A stretch of DNA of 64,000 bases from Eledone cirrhosa (taxonomy: Eukaryota), in assembly GCA_964016885.1 (NCBI GenBank), contig CAXHJY010000973.1, positions 310,001-374,000 on the forward strand. Reading direction: 5' to 3'. Positions 1-15,000 of the stretch are shown here, one piece after another (position 1 is the first letter of the stretch; every line of letters starts with the position of its first letter). Made by a program: the position numbers and the translations under genes. The notes below the pieces were generated by a model, which had not been told where the DNA came from, did no database searches, and saw only the letters and a program-made list of their open reading frames with translations.

Positions 1-3000
1 AGATGTGAGCTCCCAGAACTGTCTAGGGAGTCAGGTGTGAGCTCCCAGAACTGTCTAGGGAGTCAGATGTGAGATGTGAGGGCCCAGAACTGTCTGGGGA
101 CTCAGATGTGAGATGTGAGGGCCCAGAACTGTCTAGGGAGTCAGATGTGATATGTGAGGGCCCAGAACTGTCTAGGGAGTCAGATGTGATATGTGAGGGC
201 CCAGAACTGTCTAGGGAGTCAGATGTGATATGTGAGGGCACAGAACTGTCTGGGGAGTCAGATGTGAGATGTGAGCTCCCAGAACTGTCTAGGGAGTCAG
301 ATGTGAGATGTGAGGGCCCAGAACTGTCTGGGGAGTCAGATGTGAGATGTGAGCTCCCAGAACTGTCTAGGGAGTCAGATGTGAGATGTGAGGGCCCAGA
401 ACTATCTGGGGACTCAGATGTGAGATGTGAGGGCCCAGAACTGTCTAGGGAGTCATGTGAGATGTGAGCTCCCAGAACTGTCTGGGGAGTCAGGTGTGAG
501 CTCCCAGAACTGTCTAGGGAGTCAGATGTGAGATGTGAAGGCCCAGACCTGTCTGGGAAGTCAGATGTGAGATGTGAGGGCCCAGAACTGTCTAGGGAGT
601 CAGATGTGAGATGTTAGGGCCCAGAACTGTCTGGGGAGTCAGATGTGAGATGTGAGCTCCCAGAACTGTCTAGGGAGTCAGATGTGATATGTGAGGGCCC
701 AGAACTGTCTAGGGAGTCAGATGTGAGATGTTAGGGCCCAGAACTGTCTGGGGAGTCAGATGTGAGATGTGAACTCGCAGAACTGTTTGGGGAGTCAGAT
801 GTGAGATGTGAGCTCCCAGAACTGTCTGGGGAGTCAGATGTGAGATGTGAGGGCCCAGAACTGTCTGGGGAGTCAGATGTGAGATGTGAGCTCCCAGAAC
901 TGTCTAGAGAGTCAGATGTGAGATGTGAGCTCCCAGAACTATCTGGGGAGTCAGATGTGAGATGTGAGGGCCCAGAACTATCTGGGGAGTCAGATGTGAG
1001 ATGTGAGCTCCCAGAACTGTTTGGGGAGTCAGATGTGAGATGAGGGCCCAGAACTGTCTGGGGAGTCAGATGTGAGATGTGAGGGCCCAGAACTGTCTAG
1101 GGAGTCAGATGTGAGATGTTAGGGCCCAGAACTGTCTGGGGAGTCAGATGTGAGATGTGAGGGCACAGAACTGTCTGGGGAGTCAGATGTGAGATGTGAG
1201 CTCCCAGAACTGTCTGGGGAGTCAGATGTGAGATGTGAGCTCCCAGAACTGTCTAGGGAGTCTGTGAGATGTGAGGGCCCAGAACTGTCTAGGGAATCAA
1301 TGTGAGATGTTAGGGCCCAGAACTATCTAGCGAGTCAGATGTGAGATGTGAGGGCCCAGAACTGTCGAGGGAGTCAGATGTGAGAAGTGAGGGCCCAGAA
1401 CTGTCTAGGGAGTCAGGTGTGAGATGTCAGGGCCTAGAACTGTCTGGGGAGTCAGATGTGAGATGTGAGCTCCCAGAACTATCTGGGGAGTCAGATGTGA
1501 GATGTGAGCTCCCAGAACTGTTTGGGGAGTCAGATGTGAGATCCCAGAACTGTCTAGGGAGTCAGATGTGAGATGTGAGCTCCCAGAACTGTCTAGGGAG
1601 TCAGATGTGAGATGTGAGGGCACAGAACTGTCTGGGGAGTCAGATGTGAGATGTGAGCTCCCAGAACTGTCTAGGGAGTCAGATGTGAGATGTGAGGGCC
1701 CAGAACTGTCTAGGGAGTCAGATGTGAGATGTGAGCTCCCAGAACTGTCTGGGGAGTCAGGTTGAGCTCCCAGAACTGTCTAGGGAGTCAGATGTGAGAT
1801 GTGAGGGCACAGAACTGTCTGGGGTGTCAGATGTGAGATGTGAGCTCCCAGAACTGTCTAGGGAGTCAGATGTGAGATGTGAGGGCCCAGAACTGTCTAG
1901 GGAGTCACATGTGAGATGTGAGCTCCCAGAACTGTCTGGGGAGTCAGGTTGAGCTCGCAGAACTGTCTAGGGAGTCAGATGTGAGATGTGAGGGCCCAGA
2001 ACTGTCCGGGAAGTCAGATTTGAGATGTGAGGGCCCAGAACTGTCTGGGGACTCAGATGTGAGATGTGAGGGCCCAGAACTGTCTAGGGAGTCAGATGTG
2101 AGATGTGAGGGCCCAGAACTGTCCGGGAAGTCAGATTTGAGATGTGAGGGCCCAGAACTGTCTGGGGAGTCAGATGTGAGATGTGAGCTCCCAGCACTGT
2201 CTAGGGAGTCAGATGTGAGATGTGAGGGCCCAGAACTGTCCGGGAAGTCAGATGTGAGATGTGAGCTCCCAGAACTGTCTAGGGAGTCAGTTGTGAGATG
2301 TGAGAGCCCAGAACTGTCTAGGGAGTCAGATGTGAGATGTTAGGGCCCAGAACTGTCTGGGGAGTCAGATGTGAGATGTGAGCTCCCAGAACTGTCTGGG
2401 GAGTCAGATGTGAGATGTGAGGGCCCAGAACTGTCTAGGGAGTCAGATGTGAGATGTTAGGGCCCAGAACTGTCTGGGGAGTCAGATGTGAGATGTGAGG
2501 GCCCAGAACTATCTGGGGAGTCAGATGTGAGATGTGAGGGCCCAGAACTGTCTGGGGAGTCAGATGTGAGATGTGAGCTCGCAGAACTATCTGGGGAGTC
2601 AGATGTGAGATGTGAGCTCCCAGAACTGTTTGGGGAGTCAGATGTGAGATGTGAGCTCGCAGAACTATCTGGGGAGTCAGATGTGAGATGTGAGGGCCCA
2701 GAACTGTCTGGGGAGTCAGATGTGAGATGTGAGCTCCCAGAACTATCTGGGGAGTCAGATGTGAGATGTGAGCTCCCAGAACTGTTTGGGGAGTCAGATG
2801 TGAGATGTGAGCTCCCAGAACTGTCTAGGGAGTCAGATGTGAGATGAGGGCCCAGAACTGTCTGGGGAGTCAGATGTGAGATGTGAGGGCCCAGAACTAT
2901 CTGGGGAGTCAGATGTGAGATGTGAGGGCCCAGAACTGTCTGGGGAGTCAGATGTGAGATGTGAGCTCCCAGAACTGTCTAGGGAGTCAGATGTGAGATG

Positions 3001-6000
3001 TGAGGGCCCAGAACTGTCTAGGGAGTCAGATGTGAATGTGAGGGCCCAGAACTGTCTAGGGAGTCAGATGTGAGATGTTAGGGCCCAGAACTGTCTAGGG
3101 AGTCACATGTGAGATGTGAGCTCCCAGAACTGTCTGGGGAGTCAGGTGTGAGCTCCCAGAACTGTCTAGGGAGTCAGATGTGAGATGTGAGGGCCCAGAC
3201 CTGTCTGGGAAGTCAGATGTGAGATGCGAGGGCCCAGAACTGTCTAGGGAGTCAGATGTGAGATGTTAGGGCCCAGAACTGTCTGGGGAGTCAGATGTGA
3301 GATGTGAGCTCCCAGAACTGTCTACGGAGTCAGATGTGATATGTGAGGGCCCAGAACTGTCTAGGGAGTCAGATGTGAGATGTTAGGGCCCAGAACTGTC
3401 TAGAGAGTCAGATGTGAGATGTGAGCTCCCAGAACTATCTGGGGAGTCAGATGTGAGATGTTAGGGCCCAGAACTGTCTGGGGAGTCTGATGTGAGATGT
3501 GAGGGCCCAGAACTGTCTAGGGAGTCAGATGTGAGATGTGAGCTCCCAGAACTGTCTGGGGAGTCAGGTGTGAGCTCCCAGAACTGTCTAGGGAGTCAGA
3601 TGTGAGATGTGAGGGCCCAGACCTGTCTGGGAAGTCAGATGTGAGATGCGAGGGCCCAGAACTGTCTAGGGAGTCAGATGTGAGATGTTAGGGCCCAGAA
3701 CTGTCTGGGGAGTCAGATGTGAGATGTGAGCTCCCAGAACTGTCTAGGGAGTCAGATGTGATATGTGAGGGCCCAGAACTGTCTAGGGAGTCAGATGTGA
3801 GATGTTAGGGCCCAGAACTGTCTAGAGAGTCAGATGTGAGATGTGAGCTCCCAGAACTATCTGGGGAGTCAGATGTGAGATGTGAGGGCCCAGAACTATC
3901 TGGGGAGTCAGATGTGAGATCCCAGAACTGTTTGGGAAGTCAGATGTGAGATGTGAGCTCCCAGAACTGTCTAGGGAGTCAGATGTGAGATGAGGGCCCA
4001 GAACTGTCTGGGAAGTCAGATGTGAGATGTGAGGGCCCAGAACTGTCTAGGGAGTCAGATGTGAGATGTTAGAGCCCAGAACTGTCTGGGGAGTCAGATG
4101 TGAGATGTGAGCTCCCAGAACTGTCTAGGGAGTCTGTGAGATGTGAGGGCCCAGAACTGTCTAGGGAATCAGATGTGAGATGTTAGGGCCCAGAACTGTC
4201 GAGGGAGTCAGATGTGAGATGTGAGGGCCCAGAACTGTCGAGGGAGTCAGATGTGAGATGTGAGGGTCCAGAACTGTCTAGGGAGTCAGGTGTGAGATGT
4301 CAGGGCCTAGAACTGTCTGGGGAGTCAGATGTGAGATGTGAGCTCCCAGAACTGTCTAGGGGGTTAGATGTGAGATGTGAGGGCCCAGAACTGTCTAGGG
4401 AGTCAGGTGTGAGATGTCAGGGCCTAGAACTGTCTGGGGAGTCAGATGTGAGATGTGAGCTCCCAGAACTGTCTGGGGAGTCAGATGTGAGATGTGAGCT
4501 CCCAGAACTGTTTGGGAAGTCAGATGTGAGATGTGAGCTCCCAGAACTGTCTAGGGAGTCAGATGTGAGATGTGAGCTCCCAGAACTGTCTGGGGAGTCA
4601 GATGTGAGATGAGGGCACAGAACTGTCTGGGGAGTCAGATGTGAGATGTGAGCTCCCAGAACTGTCTAGGGAGTCAGATGTGAGATGTGAGGGCCCAGAA
4701 CTGTCCGGGAAGTCAGATTTGAGATGTGAGGGCCCAGAACTGTCTGGGAAGTCAGATGTGAGATGTGAGGGCCCAGAACTGTCTAGGGAGTCAGATGTGA
4801 GATGTGAGAGCCCAGAACTGTCTAGGGAGTCAGATGTGAGATGTTAGGGCCCAGAACTGTCTGGGGAGTCAGATGTGAGATGTGAGCTCCCAGAACTGTC
4901 TGGGGAGTCAGATGTGAGATGTGAGGGCCCAGAACTGTCTGGGGAGTCAGGTGTGAGATGTGAGGGCCCAGAACTGTCTGGGGAGTCAGATGTGAGATGT
5001 GAGGGCCCAGAACTATCTGGGGAGTCAGATGTGAGATGTGAGCTCCCAGAACTGTTTGGGGAGTCAGATGTGAGATGTGAGCTCCCAGAACTGTCTAGGG
5101 AGTCAGATGTGAGATGAGGGCCCAGAACTGTCTGGGGAGTCAGATGTGAGATGTGAGGGCCCAGAACTGTCTGGGAAGTCAGATGTGAGATGTGAGGGCC
5201 CAGAACTGTCTAGGGAGTCAGATGTGAGATGTTAGGGCCCAGAACTGTCTGGGGAGTCTGATGTGAGATGTGAGGGCCCAGAACTGTCTAGGGAGTCAGA
5301 TGTGAGATGTGAGCTCCCAGAACTGTCTAGGGAGTCAGATGTGAGATGTGAGCTCCCAGAACTGTCTGGGGAGTCAGATGTGAGATGTGAGCTCCCAGAA
5401 CTGTCTGGGAAGTCAGATGTGAGGGCGCAGAGCTGTCTGGGGAGTCAGATGTGAATGTGAGGGCCCAGAACTGTCTAGGGAGTTAGATGTGAGATGAGGG
5501 CCCAGAACTGTCTAGGGAGTCAGATGTGAGATGAGGGCACAGAACTGTCTAGGGAGTCAGATGTGAGATGTGAGAGCCCAGAACTGTCTAGGGAGTCAGA
5601 TGTGAGATGTTAGGGCCCAGAACTGTCTGGGGAGTCAGATGTGAGATGTGAGCTCCCAGAACTGTCTGGGGAGTCAGATGTGAGATGTGAGGGCCCAGAA
5701 CTGTCTAGGGAGTCAGATGTGAGATGTTAGGGCCCAGAACTGTCTGGGGAGTCAGATGTGAGATGTGAGCTCCCAGAACTGTCTAGGGAGTCAGGTGTGA
5801 GCTCCCAGAACTGTCTAGGGAGTCAGATGTGAGATGTGAGGGCCCAGAACTGTCTGGGGACTCAGATGTGAGATGTGAGGGCCCAGAACTGTCTAGGGAG
5901 TCAGATGTGATATGTGAGGGCCCAGAACTGTCTAGGGAGTCAGATGTGATATGTGAGGGCCCAGAACTGTCTAGGGAGTCAGATGTGATATGTGAGGGCA

Positions 6001-9000
6001 CAGAACTGTCTGGGGAGTCAGATGTGAGATGTGAGCTCCCAGAACTGTCTAGGGAGTCAGATGTGAGATGTGAGGGCCCAGAACTTTCTGGGGAGTCAGA
6101 TGTGAGATGTGAGCTCCCAGAACTGTCTAGGGAGTCAGATGTGAGATGTGAGGGCCCAGAACTATCTGGGGACTCAGATGTGAGATGTGAGGGCCCAGAA
6201 CTGTCTAGGGAGTCATGTGAGATGTGAGCTCCCAGAACTGTCTGGGGAGTCAGGTGTGAGCTCCCAGAACTGTCTAGGGAGTCAGATGTGAGATGTGAGG
6301 GCCCAGAACTGTCTAGGGAGTCAGATGTGATATGTGAGGGCCCAGGACTATCTGGGGACTCAGATGTGAGATGTGAGGGCCCAGAACTATCTGGGGAGTC
6401 AGATGTGAGATGTGAGGGCCCAGAACTATCTGGGGAGTCAGATGTGAGATGTGAGCTCCCAGAACTGTTTGGGGAGTCAGATGTGAGATGAGGGCCCAGA
6501 ACTGTCTGGGGAGTCAGATGTGAGATGTGAGGGCCCAGAACTGTCTAGGGAGTCAGATGTGAGATGTTAGGGCCCAGAACTGTCTGGGGAGTCAGATGTG
6601 AGATGTGAGGGCACAGAACTGTCTGGGGAGTCAGATGTGAGATGTGAGCTCCCAGAACTGTCTGGGGAGTCAGATGTGAGATGTGAGCTCCCAGAACTGT
6701 CTAGGGAGTCTGTGAGATGTGAGGGCCCAGAACTGTCTAGGGAATCAATGTGAGATGTTAGGGCCCAGAACTATCTAGCGAGTCAGATGTGAGATGTGAG
6801 GGCCCAGAACTGTCGAGGGAGTCAGATGTGAGAAGTGAGGGCCCAGAACTGTCTAGGGAGTCAGGTGTGAGATGTCAGGGCCTAGAACTGTCTGGGGAGT
6901 CAGATGTGAGATGTGAGCTCCCAGAACTATCTGGGGAGTCAGATGTGAGATGTGAGCTCCCAGAACTGTTTGGGGAGTCAGATGTGAGATCCCAGAACTG
7001 TCTAGGGAGTCAGATGTGAGATGTGAGCTCCCAGAACTGTCTAGGGAGTCAGATGTGAGATGTGAGGGCACAGAACTGTCTGGGGAGTCAGATGTGAGAT
7101 GTGAGCTCCCAGAACTGTCTAGGGAGTCAGATGTGAGATGTGAGGGCCCAGAACTGTCTAGGGAGTCAGATGTGAGATGTGAGCTCCCAGAACTGTCTGG
7201 GGAGTCAGGTTGAGCTCCCAGAACTGTCTAGGGAGTCAGATGTGAGATGTGAGGGCACAGAACTGTCTGGGGAGTCAGATGTGAGATGTGAGCTCCCAGA
7301 ACTGTCTAGGGAGTCAGATGTGAGATGTGAGGGCCCAGAACTGTCTAGGGAGTCACATGTGAGATGTGAGCTCCCAGAACTGTCTGGGGAGTCAGGTTGA
7401 GCTCGCAGAACTGTCTAGGGAGTCAGATGTGAGATGTGAGGGCCCAGAACTGTCCGGGAAGTCAGATTTGAGATGTGAGGGCCCAGAACTGTCTGGGGAC
7501 TCAGATGTGAGATGTGAGGGCCCAGAACTGTCTAGGGAGTCAGATGTGAGATGTGAGGGCCCAGAACTGTCCGGGAAGTCAGATTTGAGATGTGAGGGCC
7601 CAGAACTGTCTGGGGAGTCAGATGTGAGATGTGAGCTCCCAGCACTGTCTAGGGAGTCAGATGTGAGATGTGAGGGCCCAGAACTGTCCGGGAAGTCAGA
7701 TGTGAGATGTGAGCTCCCAGAACTGTCTAGGGAGTCAGTTGTGAGATGTGAGAGCCCAGAACTGTCTAGGGAGTCAGATGTGAGATGTTAGGGCCCAGAA
7801 CTGTCTGGGGAGTCAGATGTGAGATGTGAGCTCCCAGAACTGTCTGGGGAGTCAGATGTGAGATGTGAGGGCCCAGAACTGTCTAGGGAGTCAGATGTGA
7901 GATGTTAGGGCCCAGAACTGTCTGGGGAGTCAGATGTGAGATGTGAGGGCCCAGAACTATCTGGGGAGTCAGATGTGAGATGTGAGGGCCCAGAACTGTC
8001 TGGGGAGTCAGATGTGAGATGTGAGCTCGCAGAACTATCTGGGGAGTCAGATGTGAGATGTGAGCTCCCAGAACTGTTTGGGGAGTCAGATGTGAGATGT
8101 GAGCTCGCAGAACTATCTGGGGAGTCAGATGTGAGATGTGAGGGCCCAGAACTGTCTGGGGAGTCAGATGTGAGATGTGAGCTCCCAGAACTATCTGGGG
8201 AGTCAGATGTGAGATGTGAGCTCCCAGAACTGTTTGGGGAGTCAGATGTGAGATGTGAGCTCCCAGAACTGTCTAGGGAGTCAGATGTGAGATGAGGGCC
8301 CAGAACTGTCTGGGGAGTCAGATGTGAGATGTGAGGGCCCAGAACTATCTGGGGAGTCAGATGTGAGATGTGAGGGCCCAGAACTGTCTGGGGAGTCAGA
8401 TGTGAGATGTGAGCTCCCAGAACTGTCTAGGGAGTCAGATGTGAGATGTGAGGGCCCAGAACTGTCTAGGGAGTCAGATGTGAATGTGAGGGCCCAGAAC
8501 TGTCTAGGGAGTCAGATGTGAGATGTTAGGGCCCAGAACTGTCTAGGGAGTCACATGTGAGATGTGAGCTCCCAGAACTGTCTGGGGAGTCAGGTGTGAG
8601 CTCCCAGAACTGTCTAGGGAGTCAGATGTGAGATGTGAGGGCCCAGACCTGTCTGGGAAGTCAGATGTGAGATGCGAGGGCCCAGAACTGTCTAGGGAGT
8701 CAGATGTGAGATGTTAGGGCCCAGAACTGTCTGGGGAGTCAGATGTGAGATGTGAGCTCCCAGAACTGTCTACGGAGTCAGATGTGATATGTGAGGGCCC
8801 AGAACTGTCTAGGGAGTCAGATGTGAGATGTTAGGGCCCAGAACTGTCTAGAGAGTCAGATGTGAGATGTGAGCTCCCAGAACTATCTGGGGAGTCAGAT
8901 GTGAGATGTTAGGGCCCAGAACTGTCTGGGGAGTCTGATGTGAGATGTGAGGGCCCAGAACTGTCTAGGGAGTCAGATGTGAGATGTGAGCTCCCAGAAC

Positions 9001-12000
9001 TGTCTAGGGAGTCAGATGTGAGATGTGAGCTACCAGAACTGTCTGGGGAGTCAGATGTGAGATGTGAGCTCCCAGAACTGTCTGGGAAGTCAGATGTGAG
9101 GGCGCAGAGCTGTCTGGGGAGTCAGATGTGAATGTGAGGGCCCAGAACTGTCTAGGGAGTTAGATGTGAGATGAGGGCCCAGAACTGTCTAGGGAGTCAG
9201 ATGTGAGATGAGGGCACAGAACTGTCTAGGGAGTCAGATGTGAGATGTGAGGGCCCAGAACTATCTGGGGAGTCAGATGTGAGATGTGAGGGCCCAGAAC
9301 TGTCTGGGGAGTCAGATGCGAGATGTGAGCTCCCAGAACTGTCTAGGGAGTCAGATGTGAGATGTTAGGGCCCAGAACTGTCTAGGGAGTCACATGTGAG
9401 ATGTGAGCTCCCAGAACTGTCTGGGGAGTCAGGTGTGAGCTCCCAGAACTGTCTAGGGAGTCAGATGTGAGATGTGAGGGCCCAGACCTGTCTGGGAAGT
9501 CAGATGTGAGATGCGAGGGCCCAGAACTGTCTAGGGAGTCAGATGTGAGATGTTAGGGCCCAGAACTGTCTGGGGAGTCAGATGTGAGATGTGAGCTCCC
9601 AGAACTGTCTAGGGAGTCAGATGTGATATGTGAGGGCCCAGAACTGTCTAGGGAGTCAGATGTGAGATGTTAGGGCCCAGAACTGTCTAGAGAGTCAGAT
9701 GTGAGATGTGAGCTCCCAGAACTATCTGGGGAGTCAGATGTGAGATGTGAGGGCCCAGAACTATCTGGGGAGTCAGATGTGAGATCCCAGAACTGTTTGG
9801 GAAGTCAGATGTGAGATGTGAGCTCCCAGAACTGTCTAGGGAGTCAGATGTGAGATGAGGGCCCAGAACTGTCTGGGAAGTCAGATGTGAGATGTGAGGG
9901 CCCAGAACTGTCTAGGGAGTCAGATGTGAGATGTTAGAGCCCAGAACTGTCTGGGGAGTCAGATGTGAGATGTGAGCTCCCAGAACTGTCTAGGGAGTCT
10001 GTGAGATGTGAGGGCCCAGAACTGTCTAGGGAATCAGATGTGAGATGTTAGGGCCCAGAACTGTCGAGGGAGTCAGATGTGAGATGTGAGGGCCCAGAAC
10101 TGTCGAGGGAGTCAGATGTGAGATGTGAGGGTCCAGAACTGTCTAGGGAGTCAGGTGTGAGATGTCAGGGCCTAGAACTGTCTGGGGAGTCAGATGTGAG
10201 ATGTGAGCTCCCAGAACTGTCTAGGGGGTTAGATGTGAGATGTGAGGGCCCAGAACTGTCTAGGGAGTCAGGTGTGAGATGTCAGGGCCTAGAACTGTCT
10301 GGGGAGTCAGATGTGAGATGTGAGCTCCCAGAACTGTCTGGGGAGTCAGATGTGAGATGTGAGCTCCCAGAACTGTTTGGGAAGTCAGATGTGAGATGTG
10401 AGCTCCCAGAACTGTCTAGGGAGTCAGATGTGAGATGTGAGCTCCCAGAACTGTCTGGGGAGTCAGATGTGAGATGAGGGCACAGAACTGTCTGGGGAGT
10501 CAGATGTGAGATGTGAGCTCCCAGAACTGTCTAGGGAGTCAGATGTGAGATGTGAGGGCCCAGAACTGTCCGGGAAGTCAGATTTGAGATGTGAGGGCCC
10601 AGAACTGTCTGGGAAGTCAGATGTGAGATGTGAGGGCCCAGAACTGTCTAGGGAGTCAGATGTGAGATGTGAGAGCCCAGAACTGTCTAGGGAGTCAGAT
10701 GTGAGATGTTAGGGCCCAGAACTGTCTGGGGAGTCAGATGTGAGATGTGAGCTCCCAGAACTGTCTGGGGAGTCAGATGTGAGATGTGAGGGCCCAGAAC
10801 TGTCTGGGGAGTCAGGTGTGAGATGTGAGGGCCCAGAACTGTCTGGGGAGTCAGATGTGAGATGTGAGGGCCCAGAACTATCTGGGGAGTCAGATGTGAG
10901 ATGTGAGCTCCCAGAACTGTTTGGGGAGTCAGATGTGAGATGTGAGCTCCCAGAACTGTCTAGGGAGTCAGATGTGAGATGAGGGCCCAGAACTGTCTGG
11001 GGAGTCAGATGTGAGATGTGAGGGCCCAGAACTGTCTGGGAAGTCAGATGTGAGATGTGAGGGCCCAGAACTGTCTAGGGAGTCAGATGTGAGATGTTAG
11101 GGCCCAGAACTGTCTGGGGAGTCTGATGTGAGATGTGAGGGCCCAGAACTGTCTAGGGAGTCAGATGTGAGATGTGAGCTCCCAGAACTGTCTAGGGAGT
11201 CAGATGTGAGATGTGAGCTCCCAGAACTGTCTGGGGAGTCAGATGTGAGATGTGAGCTCCCAGAACTGTCTGGGAAGTCAGATGTGAGGGCGCAGAGCTG
11301 TCTGGGGAGTCAGATGTGAATGTGAGGGCCCAGAACTGTCTAGGGAGTTAGATGTGAGATGAGGGCCCAGAACTGTCTAGGGAGTCAGATGTGAGATGAG
11401 GGCACAGAACTGTCTAGGGAGTCAGATGTGAGATGTGAGAGCCCAGAACTGTCTAGGGAGTCAGATGTGAGATGTTAGGGCCCAGAACTGTCTGGGGAGT
11501 CAGATGTGAGATGTGAGCTCCCAGAACTGTCTGGGGAGTCAGATGTGAGATGTGAGGGCCCAGAACTGTCTAGGGAGTCAGATGTGAGATGTTAGGGCCC
11601 AGAACTGTCTGGGGAGTCAGATGTGAGATGTGAGCTCCCAGAACTGTCTAGGGAGTCAGGTGTGAGCTCCCAGAACTGTCTAGGGAGTCAGATGTGAGAT
11701 GTGAGGGCCCAGAACTGTCTGGGGACTCAGATGTGAGATGTGAGGGCCCAGAACTGTCTAGGGAGTCAGATGTGATATGTGAGGGCCCAGAACTGTCTAG
11801 GGAGTCAGATGTGATATGTGAGGGCCCAGAACTGTCTAGGGAGTCAGATGTGATATGTGAGGGCACAGAACTGTCTGGGGAGTCAGATGTGAGATGTGAG
11901 CTCCCAGAACTGTCTAGGGAGTCAGATGTGAGATGTGAGGGCCCAGAACTTTCTGGGGAGTCAGATGTGAGATGTGAGCTCCCAGAACTGTCTAGGGAGT

Positions 12001-15000
12001 CAGATGTGAGATGTGAGGGCCCAGAACTATCTGGGGACTCAGATGTGAGATGTGAGGGCCCAGAACTGTCTAGGGAGTCATGTGAGATGTGAGCTCCCAG
12101 AACTGTCTGGGGAGTCAGGTGTGAGCTCCCAGAACTGTCTAGGGAGTCAGATGTGAGATGTGAGGGCCCAGAACTGTCTAGGGAGTCAGATGTGATATGT
12201 GAGGGCCCAGGACTATCTGGGGACTCAGATGTGAGATGTGAGGGCCCAGAACTGTCTAGGGAGTCATGTGAGATGTGAGCTCCCAGAACTGTCTGGGGAG
12301 TCAGGTGTGAGCTCCCAGAACTGTCTAGGGAGTCAGATGTGAGATGTGAGGGCCCAGACCTGTCTGGGAAGTCAGATGTGAGATGCGAGGGCCCAGAACT
12401 GTCTAGGGAGTCAGATGTGAGATGTTAGGGCCCAGAACTGTCTGGGGAGTCAGATGTGAGATGTGAGCTCCCAGAACTGTCTAGGGAGTCAGATGTGATA
12501 TGTGAGGGCCCAGAACTGTCTAGGGAGTCAGATGTGAGATGTTAGGGCCCAGAACTGTCTAGAGAGTCAGATGTGAGATGTGAGCTCCCAGAACTATCTG
12601 GGGAGTCAGATGTGAGATGTGAGGGCCCAGAACTATCTGGGGAGTCAGATGTGAGATGTGAGATCCCAGAACTGTTTGGGAAGTCAGATGTGAGATGTGA
12701 GCTCCCAGAACTGTCTAGGGAGTCAGATGTGAGATGAGGGCCCAGAACTGTCTGGGAAGTCAGATGTGAGATGTGAGGGCCCAGAACTGTCTAGGGAGTC
12801 AGATGTGAGATGTTAGAGCCCAGAACTGTCTGGGGAGTCAGATGTGAGATGTGAGCTCCCAGAACTGTCTAGGGAGTCTGTGAGATGTGAGGGCCCAGAA
12901 CTGTCTAGGGAATCAGATGTGAGATGTTAGGGCCCAGAACTGTCGAGGGAGTCAGGTGTGAGATGTGAGGGCCCAGAACTGTCGAGGGAGTCAGATGTGA
13001 GATGTGAGGGTCCAGAACTGTCTAGGGAGTCAGGTGTGAGATGTCAGGGCCTAGAACTGTCTGGGGAGTCAGATGTGAGATGTGAGCTCCCAGAACTGTC
13101 TAGGGAGTTAGATGTGAGATGTGAGGGCCCAGAACTGTCTAGGGAGTCAGGTGTGAGATGTCAGGGCCTAGAACTGTCTGGGGAGTCAGATGTGAGATGT
13201 GAGCTCCGAGAACTGTCTGGGGAGTCAGATGTGAGATGTGAGCTCCCAGAACTGTTTGGGAAGTCAGATGTGAGATGTGAGCTCCCAGAACTGTCTAGGG
13301 AGTCAGATGTGAGATGTGAGCTCCCAGAACTGTCTGGGGAGTCAGATGTGAGATGAGGGCACAGAACTGTCTGGGGAGTCAGATGTGAGATGAGAGCTCC
13401 CAGAACTGTCTAGGGAGTCAGATGTGAGATGTGAGGGCCCAGAACTGTCCGGGAAGTTAGATTTGAGATGTGAGGGCCCAGAACTGTCTGGGAAGTCAGA
13501 TGTGAGATGTGAGGGCCCAGAACTGTCTAGGGAGTCAGATGTGAGATGTGAGAGCCCAGAACTGTCTAGGGAGTCAGATGTGAGATGTTAGGGCCCAGAA
13601 CTGTCTGGGGAGTCAGATGTGAGATGTGAGCTCCCAGAACTGTCTGGGGAGTCAGATGTGAGATGTGAGGGCCCAGAACTGTCTGGGGAGTCAGGTGTGA
13701 GATGTGAGGGCCCAGAACTGTCTGGGGAGTCAGATGTGAGATGTGAGGGCCCAGAACTATCTGGGGAGTCAGATGTGAGATGTGAGCTCCCAGAACTGTT
13801 TGGGGAGTCAGATGTGAGATGTGAGCTCCCAGAACTGTCTAGGGAGTCAGATGTGAGATGAGGGCCCAGAACTGTCTGGGGAGTCAGATGTGAGATGTGA
13901 GGGCCCAGAACTGTCTGGGAAGTCAGATGTGAGATGTGAGGGCCCAGAACTCTCTAGGGAGTCAGATGTGAGATGTTAGGGCCCAGAACTGTCTGGGGAG
14001 TCTGATGTGAGATGTGAGGGCCCAGAACTGTCTAGGGAGTCAGATGTGAGATGTGAGCTCCCAGAACTGTCTAGGGAGTCAGATGTGAGATGTGAGCTCC
14101 CAGAACTGTCTGGGGAGTCAGATGTGAGATGTGAGCTCCCAGAACTGTCTGGGAAGTCAGATGTGAGGGCGCAGAGCTGTCTGGGGAGTCAGATGTGAAT
14201 GTGAGGGCCCAGAACTGTCTAGGGAGTTAGATGTGAGATGAGGGCCCAGAACTGTCTAGGGAGTCAGATGTGAGATGAGGGCACAGAACTGTCTAGGGAG
14301 TCAGATGTGAGATGTGAGGGCCCAGAACTATCTGGGGAGTCAGATGTGAGATGTGAGCTCCCAGAACTGTTTGGGGAGTCAGATGTGAGATGTGAGCTCC
14401 CAGAACTGTCTAGGGAGTCAGATGTGAGATGTGAGCTCCCAGAACTGTCTAGGGAGTCAGATGTGAGATGTGAGCTCCCAGAACTGTCTAGGGAGTCAGA
14501 TGTGAGATGTGAGCTCCCAGAACTGTCTGGGGAGTCAGATGTGAGCTCCCAGAACTGTCTAGGGAGTCAGATGTGAGATGTGAGGGCCCAGAACTGTCTG
14601 GGGACTCAGATGTGAGATGTGAGGGCCCAGAACTGTCTAGGGAGTCAGATGTGATATGTGAGGGCCCAGAACTGTGTAGGGAGTCAGATGTGATATGTGA
14701 GGGCACAGAACTGTCTGGGGAGTCAGATGTGAGATGTGAGCTCCCAGAACTGTCTAGGGAGTCAGATGTGAGATGTGAGGGCCCAGAACTTTCTGGGGAG
14801 TCAGATGTGAGATGTGAGCTCCCAGAACTGTCTAGGGAGTCAGATGTGAGATGTGAGGGCCCAGAACTATCTGGGGACTCAGATGTGAGATGTGAGGGCC
14901 CAGAACTGTCTAGGGAGTCATGTGAGATGTGAGCTCCCAGAACTGTCTGGGGAGTCAGGTGTGAGCTCCCAGAACTGTCTAGGGAGTCAGATGTGAGATG

